This document shows positions 24,874-37,909 of a stretch of 64,000 nt of DNA, piece after piece. A program made the translations under genes and the position numbers. A model generated the notes under the pieces. That model worked only from the letters and a program-made list of their open reading frames with translations, did not search any database and was not told the DNA's origin. The stretch comes from Octopus sinensis (Eukaryota): assembly GCF_006345805.1 (NCBI RefSeq), contig NC_043006.1:18290001-18354000 (forward strand), given 5' to 3'. Position 1 is the first letter of the stretch. Each line of letters opens with the position of its first letter.

Positions 24874-25704
24874 TCCTAAAATATATATATATTAACACTC
24901 ACACACGCACATACATAAAAAAAATAAATATATTCTATATATATATATAATCAAAAAAGTGTGTGTGTGGGTGTGGGTGTGCATTGTTTATGTGTAGAAA
25001 GTTGTTTTCCTTTGGGTGTTTATGTATGTGTGAATGTGTGCGTGTGTGTGTGTTTATTTGAGTATTTGTGTATGTTTGTTGCATGCATGTGGTATTTGGA
25101 ATATGTGTGTGTGTGTGTTTGTTTTAAGTATTTATGTATGGTTGTTGTATATATGTGGTATATGGTATTTGGTAGTTTCTTGCTAGGAACGAAATATTTC
25201 TGTGGGTTGTTGTTGAGTATCTGCGGCTGCTGGATGTGGTGTTTCCTCTGTGTTGTTGTCTGTGTTTATGAATGAGGGTTGTATGTGTATGTGTGGGAGT
25301 ATGAATAAGTAATGTGTAGAAGTATAGGGCTACTTTATTAATTTATCGTTGCCTAGAGGTTTATGTGTATGTATAGAGATATTTATATGGGTGTGTGAGT
25401 TAGGGTATGTATTTAGATATGTTTATATATATACTTAGATATATGGGTATGAGCATGTGTGTATATATATTGTAATTTTTGCTTTTTGTTTTTTGAAATT
25501 AGATTCTTCATCTTTAAATATGAGAACTTAAATACTAGGTTTCATTTTATTCAATTGTTTATAGAGGTTATTTTAGATCTTGATTATATATAGATTATAT
25601 ATAGATTATATATATATTTTTTCATTGATAAATTTATATTATTTATATTTTTTAGTCATTTTAAATTTATATCTTAAAATATTGATTATTTTTAGATCTG
25701 AATA

Positions 25705-25750
25705 CCACCTGATGAATGTCCTTAGAAGAGACACGAAACAATTGTAGTGG
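25705..25750 (+). ncRNA. Minimal type-I hammerhead motif (C3:G8)
   Basis: CCAC-CTGATGA-ATGTC-cttagaaga-GACAC-GAAA-CAATTGT-A-GTGG; palindromic stem III, A.C mismatch at the 10.1-11.1 pair. Confidence 0.65.
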
Positions 25751-25883
25751 CGAATTTAATTTTATTTAATTATATTAAATTTTTTATGTATTGGATTAAG
25801 TCTTTCTTTGTTTGATTTGCATAATAGTGGTTTTGTCTCTAATTAATATTATATATATATATATATATATAAATATGTATGTA

Positions 25884-25940
<57 letters not shown>

Positions 25941-26139
25941 TCATCATAATCACTTAAAATCTGCCTTTCATGCTGGCATGGGTTGGATGGCTTGACAGGA
26001 GATGGCCAAGAAGAAGACTACACCAAGCTATGCTACGGTTTCTGATTTGGCATGGTTGTTATGGCTGGATGCCCTTCCTAACACCAACATATATATATAT
26101 ATATAAATGTATATGTATATAAATATATATCTATATGCA

Positions 26140-26171
<32 letters not shown>

Positions 26172-26339
26172 AATATATATATTGATAAAAATGGTAAGAC
26201 AACAAAAGAATGAAAGAGACCTTGATATTATGTAAATAGAGGAATATATCTGTAAATGTAATATGTGACAATTATTCAGTAGCCATGATAAAACACCAAG
26301 ATGGTTAATTTTTTTGAACCCATTACTTTACAATGACCA

Positions 26340-26400
26340 GATAACTGAAGAGATGGCGGCATGGATTTCCACCCCGGCATCTGAAACTCGGAGTTTTATC
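26340..26400 (+). ncRNA. Hammerhead motif (C3:G8) with extended stem II
   Basis: GATAA-CTGAAGA-GATG..CATC-T-GAAA-CTCGGAGT-T-TTATC. Confidence 0.6.
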
Positions 26401-26487
26401 ATGGCTACTGAATAATTGTCCCATATTACATTTACAGATATAAACACACACACACATATATATATATATATATGAAAAAACAAGTCA

Positions 26488-26527
<40 letters not shown>

Positions 26528-26574
26528 AAACAAGTCAAGATAGAAATGCTAAAATAATTTTATAAAGAACATTT

Positions 26575-26613
26575 CAGTACCAGTTTCGTCATTTTGAGAG
26601 ACCTTTTCAACTG
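26575..26613 (-). ncRNA. Hammerhead motif, U3:A8 variant, partly decayed
   Basis: CAG-TTGAAAA-GGTC-tctcaaaat-GAC-GAAA-CTGGT-A-CTG. Confidence 0.5.
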
Positions 26614-26896
26614 TACCGATTAAATATTAAATTTAGAAAAATTAAAAGAAAAGTTTTTTTTAAAGTAATAGAAATATTAAAATTACTAAGTCTCTCTAAA
26701 AGAGAACAATGGCAGCGTTCCCGAAAATAATAGTTATCGCCATACTAATATGGCATTCTTATAAAAATAAGAATAAAGCTGTCCGCTTATTAGCTCATTA
26801 TGAGGCCATCGCCTTAAGTTAGCTATTTGATACACAAACTGTATCCATATAACCTTCGAACAAGGGAGGTCTCGCTCCACACTACTTGACCGGCAG

Positions 26897-26936
26897 CTAC
26901 AGACGCGTTTCGGGGTATTGCCCCTTTTCAATGCAG
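26897..26936 (-). ncRNA. Intact minimal hammerhead, U3:A8 variant, GUC site (copy 1)
   Basis: CTGCA-TTGAAAA-GGGG-caata-CCCC-GAAA-CGCGT-C-TGTAG. Confidence 0.75.
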
Positions 26937-27257
26937 CGTAGCCAGACCAGTAGTTATCGCTTCTGACAATCTCTGTTCGAAGGTTTTATTTACCTAGCTT
27001 CGGTGGAATACATCCACTTGTTTTCAATAATAGAAATATTAAAATTACTAAGTCTCTCTAAAAGAGAACAACGGCAGCGTTCCGGAAAATAATAGGTTAT
27101 CGCCATACTAATATGGCTCTATAAAAAATAAGAATAAAGCTGTCTGCTTATTAGCTCCATGAGGCCATCGCCTTAAGTTAGCTATTTGATACACAAACTG
27201 TATCCATATAACCTTCGAACAAGGGAGGTCAGTCGCTCCACACTACTTGACTGGCAG

Positions 27258-27297
27258 CTACAGACGCGTTTCGGGGTATTGCCCCTTTTCAATGCAG
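27258..27297 (-). ncRNA. Intact minimal hammerhead, U3:A8 variant (copy 2, identical, 361 nt away)
   Basis: Same 40-nt sequence as 26897-26936. Confidence 0.75.
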
Positions 27298-27527
27298 CGT
27301 AGCCAGACCAGTAGGTATCGCTTCTGACAATCTCTGTGTATCAAATAGCTAACTTAAGGCGATGGCCTCATGGAGCTAATAAGCGGACAGCTTTATTCTT
27401 ATTTTTATAAGAATGCCATATTAGTATGGCGATAACTATTATTTTTTTAAAAGAATATTTGTATAGCGTTCAAATATAAGTGGCATTTTCCTTGTTTCTG
27501 CCTTTCTCTGTCTCTCTTGTTTGCACT

Positions 27528-27580
<53 letters not shown>

Positions 27581-27646
27581 TCAACACATCACATTTTCAG
27601 TATTTCATTTGCTATATATATGTATGTATGTATGCATGTATGCACA

Positions 27647-27694
<48 letters not shown>

Positions 27695-30177
27695 AGTGTG
27701 TGTGTGTGTGTGTGTGTGCGTGTGCGTGCGTGCGTGCGTTTTATGTTTTCTATGTCTCACACACCGCTTGACTGCAGATGTTGATTTCTTAGCATTCTTG
27801 TAACTAAGTACTTCAGAAACCAAGTCTAATAACCGAAACATCATGCTTATAAAAATAAGAACTGCTGTTGATCCATTCAACTAAACCTTTCAAGGTGATG
27901 GTCCAGCATGGCCAGAGTTCAATGACTGAAACAAGTAAATGTTAAAATGTAAAACTAATTCTCGCATTGGTGGTACAGCTAGAAACTAATAAAAGGGGGT
28001 TTGGTTGATGTTTTTGAACCCAGTACTTGACTGGTCCTTTCTTATCATCTGTGAGAGGATGAAAGGTTGAATAAGGACTCAGAATGTAACGAGTCAGAAA
28101 TAATGCTCCTTAGCACTTTGTCTGGCATACTAACAATTCTGTCAGCTTAATAATAATAATAATAATTATCCTTTCTACTATAGGCACAAGGCCTGAAATT
28201 TCGGGGTGGGAGCTAGTCAGTTACATTGATTCCAGTGCATAACAGGTGCTTATTTTATCGATGCCAAAAGGATGAAAGGTAAAGTTGACCTCAGCAGAAT
28301 TTGAACTCAGAACATAAAGACAACTCTGCCAGCTCACCACCCTAATAATATTAATAATAATAACAAGGATTTCTTTTATTGGCCACAAGAGCCCAAGACA
28401 TGGAGCACAATATCGAGGGATGAGTTACAGCACGCAAAAAGAAAACAAAAACAAAATATACAAAAACAAAACAAAATAAAAACAGGTGGGGTTTACATTG
28501 ATTAAAGGGAGATACTACCACATTAAGGGATATAACAAAGGATACATAAAAGAAATTAGAGAAATAAATGATGATAAATAAATAAATAATTAGAATCCCC
28601 AATAGTAGGGCAGTCCACTTAGAGTAATCCGGGCTAAACCCCAGACAAAAATCCTGGATTACTCTGCCATCCCCCAAATATAGGAAAGTGCCCTCTTCCA
28701 AATAATAGTCATAATAATAATAATAATAATAATTTTAGCACAAGGCCAGCAATTTCAGGGGAATACATTGAGTCCCCCAATGTCCAACTGGTACTTATTC
28801 TATTGGCCTCAAAAGAATGAAAAGCAAAGTTGACCTCGACAGAATTTGAACTCAGAATGTGAAGACGGATGAAATGCCACTAAGCATTTTGCCTTGTGTG
28901 CTAATAATAATAATAACAATAATAATAATAAAGATTCAATGCCAACAGTTTTTGCTGGGAAGAGATTAGTTGATGCCATCAACCCCAGATAATTTCTAAC
29001 AATAAGCATAAGGCTACAAGTTGTATAGGGAAGGTATAGTTGATTAGATTTCCCCTAGTACATGGCTGGAACTCATTTTGCCCTCTCCAGTTTCCCCAAG
29101 ATTTGAACTTACAATATAAAGGTAATTAAAACTAAATACCACAGAGAATTTAATACTTTAATACATTATGGATCCTTCTGACCATAACTAATGGCTCTAT
29201 TTCTATAAATTCCATTAGAAATATTGATAAAACATCATTATCTCTTAATAATGCTTACAAACCAATAGAAAAAATAAATATTTTAAATAATTTATTGTCC
29301 CAATTAACTTGAAAGCATTTTAATTTATAATGTAAAGGTGTTAATTTTTTAATTAACAAATATCAATTTGTGTATTTTTGTTTGTTTTCTTATCTGTTTC
29401 TTTATCATTTAATTTTGTTTTCACCTCCAGGGAATTAACAATAAATTAACAGTCACCATAAAATTATTGCACCTTCCTCAAACAATAATACCTTTTGCGT
29501 GATTTCCCAAAAATTTATTATATTACAATAATTAAATATTGAACACTTAAAATGTGTTTTTTACTCTCTATATATTAAAAAGAAAGAAACATTTATATTA
29601 AAAATTTGGTTTTTTTTTTTTCTGCTTTCCTTGAAATTTTACCTGAAGGTGTAAGTGTGTGTGTCTGTATGTGTGTGTGTGAATGTTAATGTGTGTTTAT
29701 GTGTATGTATGTGTGTATGTATTTGTGTGATTGTGCTTGTGTGAATCTCTTCAAAGCACACATACACGCATAAATATGTACACACATGCGTACATATACA
29801 TGCACACATTCCTGACATTTTCTTATTTTAATGTTCAAATGCAGTACTCATACTGTTCTCTGCAATCATCTTCTCTCATCATTATCATTAACATTATAAT
29901 TATCATCACCATCACTGATATATATATATATATATAATAATAGTTTAAGGGAATATTATTCCAAACTTACAGGGAAAAATTCAACTTAGAAATACTAAAT
30001 CAAATTTCACAAAATATAATATATATATAAATTAGAAAAAACACACCTTTTATCAATTCAACAATGAAAAACTAAATTACACTATCTAGAAAATTACATA
30101 CAATAGAAATATTAGATATAAAATAAAAAATATAATGATGATTAAGTAATGTGCGAAATAATAAATAAAACGTATAT

Positions 30178-30211
<34 letters not shown>

Positions 30212-31484
30212 CTTGAGAAGTGTAGTGATTTGACTTGTGGTGATGCTTGTATGTTTGGAGAGATGTGAATTAATGGAGGCAATTGTTGTAAGAAGTTGAT
30301 ACTATAGAATATATTTATTTTTTTTATTAGAATGAAATTTGTATTCAATAAAAATAAAACAGATTTCAGTTAATTAATTACATACACCTTAGTGATCATA
30401 CTTATCTACTTTACATTATCATTGTAAATTTCAACTTTCCAAAACGAAAAAAAATATAATAAATATAGGAGTGGCTGTGTGGTAAGTAGCTTGCTAACCA
30501 ACCACATGATTCAGGTGTGTTCAGTCCACTGCGTGGCATCTTGGGCAAGTGTCTTCTGCTATAGCCCGGGGTCCAATGCCTTGTGAGTGGATTTGGTAGA
30601 CGGAAACCTGAAGAAGCCTGTCGTTATATGTAATATATATATGTGTGTTTGTCCCCTAGCATTGCTTGACAACCGATGCTGGTGTGTTTACGTCCCCGTC
30701 ACTTAGCGGTTCGGCAAAAGAGACCGATAGAATAAGCACTGGGCTTACAAAAAATAAGTCCCGGGGTCGATTTGCTCGACTAAAGGCGGTGCTCCAGCAG
30801 TCAAAATGACTGAAACAAGTAAAAGAGTAAAGAGTAAAGAGTATGTTAAATTTCTGTTATCTGTAATATTATTCTTTATTCAACTCAAAGTAATACTATG
30901 GAATACTGTGTAATGCTACGAACCCTATAAGTTCAGTTAAGGTTTTTCTGGTAAGACGTCTGATTCCCAGTCACATTGTTCCAGGTTCAGTCCCACTGTG
31001 TGGCAACTTGGGTAAGTATCTACTGCTATAACCCCAGGCTGACCAAAGTCTTGTGAATGCATTTAGTAGACAGAAACTGAAAGAAGTCTGTTGTATGTGT
31101 GTGTGCCTGTGTGCGTCTTTGTGTTTGCATTTGACATTAAGCAATATTTGACCACCAGTTTATGTTTCTATAACTTAGCGATTCATCAAAAAAGCGAAAA
31201 GAGATCATAAGGATAAGTACCAAGGTTAAGAGTAAGAATTAGGATCAATTTGTTCAACTAAACCCTTTAAGGTGACGCCCCAGCATGGCCACTGTCTAAT
31301 GACTGAAACAAATAAAAGATATTATTAAGTTAACAATTGCAGCGTGGAAGGTGTTTGTAAGCCATTTAAGAAACACACAAAAGCCGTTCGATTCACTTCA
31401 ACATTTAAGTTTAATTTGTCAAAATATTTTCGACGCTTTAAGACCGTGAACTGTTCACTGACAAAAATCCGTGCTGCATGGATT

Positions 31485-31534
31485 TTTGTCAGTGAACAGG
31501 TCGCGGATTTTAGCGACGAAAATATTTTGACAAA
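31485..31534 (+). ncRNA. Hammerhead motif, G3:C8 variant
   Basis: TTTGTCA-GTGAACA-G-GTCGC-ggatttta-GCGAC-GAAA-ATATT-T-TGACAAA. Confidence 0.6.
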
Positions 31535-34327
31535 TTAAACTTAAATGTTGAAGTGAATCGAACGGCTTTTGTGTGTTTCTTAAATGGCTTACAAACACCT
31601 TCCACGCTGCAATTGTTTTCATTCCTGCACACGATCTTAGATCAAATCACTTGCTATGCAAGTACATCTCCGTAACTTATTAAGTTATTTATGCAATATC
31701 ATTACTTTGCTGTGGAGGTGCATTGGTCCAGTGGTTAGCGCAGCGGACTCGCGGTCGGAGGATCGCGGTTTCGATTTCCAGACTGGGCATTGTGCGTGTT
31801 TATTGAGTGAAAACACCTAAAATCTCCTCGAGGTGCTGACAGGGGGTGGTGGTAACCCCTGTTGTACTCTTTCGCCACAACTTTCTCTCACTCTCTTTTC
31901 CTGTTTCTTGAGTAACGCTGCGATGGACTGGCGTTCTGTCCAGCTGGGGGGAACACATATGCCACAGAAACTGCAGGAAACCAGGCCCATGAGCCTGGCT
32001 AGGCTTGAAAAGGGCGAAAAAAAAAATTAATTTGCTACAATGTGAACTGAGTTCCCTATTAACAGGTCACTTGTATTGGTAGTTGTGGCCTATTAGATTA
32101 ACACTTCTAATTCAGATGGTTGAAAGTGAGATGTCTTGGTGTAATCATAAAGTGGTTGGCGCACTAAGGTTTATAAACGATACAAGGTTCAATTTCAGTA
32201 GGCATCATCATCATCATCCTCATCATCATCGTTTAACGTCCGCTTTCCATGCTAGCATGGGTTGGACGATTTTGACTAAAGGCTGGCAAACCAGGTGGTT
32301 GCACCAGGTGGTTGCACCAGGTGGTTGCACCAGGTGGTTGCACCAGGTGGTTGCACCAGGCTCCAGTATTGATTTGGCAGAGTTTCTACAGCTGGATGCC
32401 CTTCCTAATGCCAACCACTCCGAGAGTGTAGTGGGTGCTTTTTACGTGCCACCGGCAACATTTTCTCTTTTTTATTATATACATGTGTATGTGTGTACAC
32501 ATGCGCACACACACACACACACATACTGGTCCTTCAGTAGTCAAGGAGTTGACCATACATCCTGAATACGTTTGCAATGGCCTGGGCAAGATTTTTTTAA
32601 AGAAGACTGACACTAGCCTATGCATGCAAGTCATTGCTTTCTATGATACCAAAGCTTAACCAAAAGAAAAGCTACAAACTTACATACAAACATGCATACA
32701 TACATTTGTGGCGCACTGAAGATTTGTAAGACATTTTGGATTCCAAAGATTCTCCATCTATGATTCTTTGAATGAATAGAATCACACACTTGGGTGTGTG
32801 CATCAACAGCTCAACCGACACACCAACTCAATCACATATTTATAAATTCTGGGAACTCCCTTAACTTAAAGTGGCTTGGTACTTTGTTAGTGACTGGCTT
32901 GAATTCTCTTGAGAAGTACCATACATACCTATATACATGCATGGTGGAAACCAACTCATGACCAATTGAAACTACTTCCTAAACTCAGAAAGTCTGTACA
33001 AATATTCCAATAGTCCAATAATTTTCTGTAGCATGAGTTTGTTTTGTACATTAAATTTGTATAGGACTGAACCTTTTCCAGCACAATCAGCTATAAAATC
33101 AGTGGCACAACAGAGGTTGAGATGATCAGAAACCAAATGCATCTCAGTTTTTAAAAAATTTTTTTATACAAGTTCATCTTCTCATAAAAGGAAGTTGAAA
33201 TGAAAACCAGAGGTCCTTTACTCTCAGTATTTAACATTCTAGTTAACTCATAGCTGGGATTGTAACAGGTGGTTCCACATACAATCTGTAATACAATACA
33301 TATGTACTCTACAGAGTACATTGTAATTAGTCTTAGTATAGTAGGGCTTTACCAAAACAGCCCAACAAGTTATGAATTATTTGGTGCTGTAATGCCTCGG
33401 GGTCTATAGAATAAAAGAATAAACCAAATGAGCTAACCTCCGATGTACTGTACCAAGGAAATATACAGGTTTTTTTTACTCTGCAACAAATTTTCTACTA
33501 TAGAGCATTTTGTTTCAAGAGCGTTATCTTTTATCTTCATCAGGCAGTGTAAATTGACAGAACACCTTCTTTAACCAGGTCTCAGGTGTTGAGTTCAAGA
33601 TTACAAGATTTAGGGCGGCGAGCTGGCAGAATTGTTAGCACGCCGGGCGAAATGTGTAGCCGTATTTCGTCTGCCATTACGTTCTGAGTTCAAATTCCAC
33701 CGAGGTCGACTTTGCCTTTCATCCTTTCGGGGTCGATTAAATAAGTACCAGTTACATGCTGGGGTCGATATAATCGACTTAATCTGTTTGTTTGTCCTTG
33801 TTTGTCCCTTCTGTGTTTAGCCCCTTGTGGGTAGTAAAGAAATAGATTACAAGATTGCCCAGAATGTATAACCAGGGGAAAACAAACAAAAATGACTTTG
33901 AAAAATCTTTGTACATGTGTGTGGTGGTAACTCACTTGGAAAACCACCCCATTAAGTACTGAAAGCAATGAAACCCAGAGTGTTGAGAGTAAAGGTGAAA
34001 TTTGCATTTGATAGTTGAATATTGATAATGTATTTCATTGTTTAAATAACGGACAGAGTCAAGACTATTGAAAAGGTTGCAAGACGCAACAAAAATTTTA
34101 GGAAAATAAAAATAAGAAATAAGTGGAAATTTTACCGGTGAGTGTGTTACATTTATAAGGCACAAAAAGAAAATGACTCTCCTCAGACACAACAGAATTG
34201 TGTAAAGGTTTAGCTTAGCATTTTATCAATCTTCCCAATCTGAACTGATGAATTAGTTGTTTACGATGCTCTACATTCTCTAATGACCAAAATCTAGGTG
34301 ATGAGCTCTGAGGAATTGGTTCCTTAC

Positions 34328-34381
34328 TCACTGAAGCTTAAAGACTACTCTACATTTGCCAAATGATCTTTTTCTATCATA

Positions 34382-34416
<35 letters not shown>

Positions 34417-34535
34417 CCATCATCATCACCATCATCATCACCACCATCACGACGACGACGACGACCACCACCACCACCACCACCACCACCATCACCATCA
34501 TCATCATCATCATCAATCATCATCATCATCATCAT
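34328..34535. repeat. (CAT/CAC/GAC)n trinucleotide array
   Basis: Direct reading. Confidence 0.9.
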
Positions 34536-35136
34536 TGTCATTCATTTTCCATGCTGGCATGAGTTGGATGGCTTTTAAAATAACTGGTAAAGATAGGGCC
34601 TACATAACGTTCCATAGTCTTTTTTTTGGCTTGGTTTCTGTGCTGAATGCCCTTCCTAATACCAACCACTCTACAGAGTGTATTGGGTACTTCTTTTTAA
34701 GTGGCACCACCACAAGTACATTTCTAGTGTCACCAACACCAGTGCTTTTTATGTTGCACCTTGGTTTTAGGATCTTAATTCTGTTGTGGTGGGCAGGTGT
34801 TCTCAAGTATAGCAATGCCCCACATTTGTCGATCTTCTGTCCTCTCCTTTGTAAGGTTCAGCAATTTGAGATCAGCTTTCATTACTCCACCCCATGTCTT
34901 CCTGGGCCTCCCTCTTCCTCAATTTCCCTCCACTTTAAGTGGCTGACACTTCTTTATGCAACTGTCCTCATCCATCTACATCACATGACCAAACCAACAC
35001 AATCTCCTCTTTTGCACTTTGCACACACACACACATACATACATACAAGCAAGCACACATGCACGCAAGCACACTTGCACCCCCAGCCCCCAAAGATAAT
35101 CAAATTATTTGTGGATATTTCTATGATATGTTGCAG

Positions 35137-35341
35137 TTCTGATAACAACTCAGATCACAGTTATACCACAGAAGTACAAAAGATGGGTTCTATGGATGGT
35201 GAACAAGCATCAAAGAGTGTCCCAATGAACAGCAACTCCCAGCCAGCAACTGTAGACAACAGCAATCCTAAGATGAAGACAACCTCTGACCTTCTAAAGG
35301 AAGCTGAAAGTAATGGAAAAAAATACATTGCTGCTGGAATG
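35137..35341 (+). CDS. TTC23: TTC23/TTC23L-like TPR protein, exon (SDNNSDHSY...DLLKEAESNGKKYIAAGM)
   Basis: ttgcag acceptor, GTATTT donor at 35342, 205 nt ending in phase 0. C-terminal part resembles the vertebrate TTC23 segment I recall as KLHLCEEKAKSYSNSHEY; joins in frame to the next exon. Confidence 0.75.
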
Positions 35342-35511
35342 GTATTTTACTTTACTAACCATTTGTTTAATTTTTTTTGTTTTTGTTTTATGTCTATTTT
35401 TCCATGCTATTGCTAGGGGTACTAGGTCTGTGGGTAGACCGCTCTTACGTTACAAGGATGTTTGCAAAAGGGACATGAAGGCCTGCAACATCAATATTAG
35501 CGGTTGGGAGG

Positions 35512-35642
<131 letters not shown>

Positions 35643-36375
35643 AGGCGCAATGGCCTAGTGGATAGGGCAGCGGACTCGCGGTCGTAGGATCGCAGTTTCG
35701 ATTCCTAGACCGCATGTTGTGAGTGTTTATTGAGCAAAAAACACCTAAAAGCTCCACGAGGCTCCGAAAGGGGGTGGTGATCCCTGCTGTACCCTTTCAC
35801 CACAACTTTCTCTCACTCTTTCTTCTGTTGGCCTGCTCGCTTAGCCAGTGGGGTGGCGTCATTTGAAGGCTAAAACAATGCGAACGCATTGTGACCAGCG
35901 ATGTGTAACTACATCTGATAGCCTGGTCAGTCACGGTGATCACGATGATATATATATATATACAATTTCATGTATGTATGTATGTATGTGTGTGTGTGTG
36001 TGAGAGCATGTGTGCATGCATATATGCTTGCATCTGTCTGTCTGTCTGTTTGTGGTCTGTATGTGTGTATATATGTAAATTAGTCACTTTCATGGTCAAT
36101 GTTCTAACATCCAGTACTATCCTTGCTTCTTTGGGTCGGATAGAATTCATTGATGCAGATTTTGTATGGTTACATGCAATTCCTGTCTTCAACTGTGACT
36201 TGTTTCCCCGCCACGGAAGGTAATATTTCCTTTGACTGGATGTAATATCATGGAAGAGTTGAATGACTGACACAGTGTGAATGATGATCATACTTGTCAT
36301 ACAACAGTTATGTGATGTGAAGAGGAGGTGGCATACACACATAAACGCACACACACATGCATGTTTCTATATATA

Positions 36376-36418
<43 letters not shown>

Positions 36419-36518
36419 GGAGTAAACACATAAATGTGAAACAAGGTGGAAAAAAGAGTACTCAAATACCAGTGGTAGAGTAATATGCTTTATTTAAAGC
36501 AGCAGAAAATTCAACAAA

Positions 36519-36557
36519 CCTGTCCGATGAACGTAACGTGAAACTCAGAGTAACAGG
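36519..36557 (+). ncRNA. Minimal hammerhead (U4C) at the apex of a long hairpin
   Basis: CCTGT-CCGATGA-ACGTAACGT-GAAA-CTCAGAGT-A-ACAGG. Confidence 0.6.
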
Positions 36558-36871
36558 TTTTGTTGAATTTTCTGCTGCTTTAAATAAAGCATATTACTCT
36601 ACCACTGGTATTTGAGTACTTTTTTCCACCTTGTTTCACATTTATGTGTTTACTCCGGTGTAACCCGCTCCTTATAAAAGTTTGAGCGACTCTGCACAAG
36701 TAGGAAGAACAAACAGCTGAAAAAGATGGAACTTTACCCACTAGATATATATATATATATATATATAACGGGAAGCTTTATGAAAATAAACAAAAGACGA
36801 AGGCAGGTGGAAAACAAACGAACAATTGTATATAATTTATATATATTATATACATTTATATATAAATATAT

Positions 36872-36912
<41 letters not shown>

Positions 36913-37519
36913 GTGTGGTGTGTGTGTGGAGGCGCAATGGCCTAGGGCAGTGGACTTGCGGTCGTAGGATCGCGGTTTCGATTCCCAGACTGGGTATTGT
37001 GAGTGTATATTGAGCGAAAGCACTAAAAAAAGCTGTACTCTTTTGCCACAACTTTCTCTCACTCTTTCTTCTGTTGGCCTGCTCGCTTAGCCAACAGGGT
37101 GGTGTCATTTGATGAAGGCAAAAAAACAATGTGAAGCGCATTGTGACCAGCGATGTATAGCAACATCTGATAGCCTGGTCGATCACTGTCACACACACAC
37201 ATATATATATATCACGTGATTACGTGACCGACCAGACCATCAGATGTTGTTACACATCACTGGTCACAATGCGTTCGCATTGTTTTAGCCTTCGAATGAC
37301 GCCACCCCGCTGGCTAAGCGAGCATGCCAACAGAAGAAAGAGTGAGAGAAAGAGTGGTGAAAGAGTACAGCAGGGATCACCACCCCCTGCCGGAGCCTCG
37401 TGGAGCTTTTAGGTGTTTTCGCTCAATAAACACACACAATGCCCGGCCTGGGAATCGAAACCGCGAACCTACGACCGCGAGTCCGCTGCCCTAACCACTA
37501 GGCCATTGCGGCCTCCACA

Positions 37520-37536
37520 CACACACACATATATAT

Positions 37537-37597
<61 letters not shown>

Positions 37598-37613
37598 CAT
37601 ATATATATACACA

Positions 37614-37645
<32 letters not shown>

Positions 37646-37827
37646 CACAATAAATATATTATAATACATATATATATATAACATTATATATATATATACA
37701 CATATATATATATCTCATATATATATATATACTCATATATATCTATATTATATATCTCTATATATATATACACATATATATATATATATATAATATATAT
37801 ATATAATATATATATATATATATACAC

Positions 37828-37859
<32 letters not shown>

Positions 37860-37873
37860 ACAATATATACATA

Positions 37874-37909
<36 letters not shown>

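Noticed and set aside
29431-29500. Possible small exon after cacctccag
   Set aside because: Good acceptor, but no strong donor, no ATG and no homology; it cannot be supported without transcripts.
34535-35416. 293-aa ORF as a single gene
   Set aside because: Only 35137-35341 is exonic; the rest is repeat-derived or intronic read-through.
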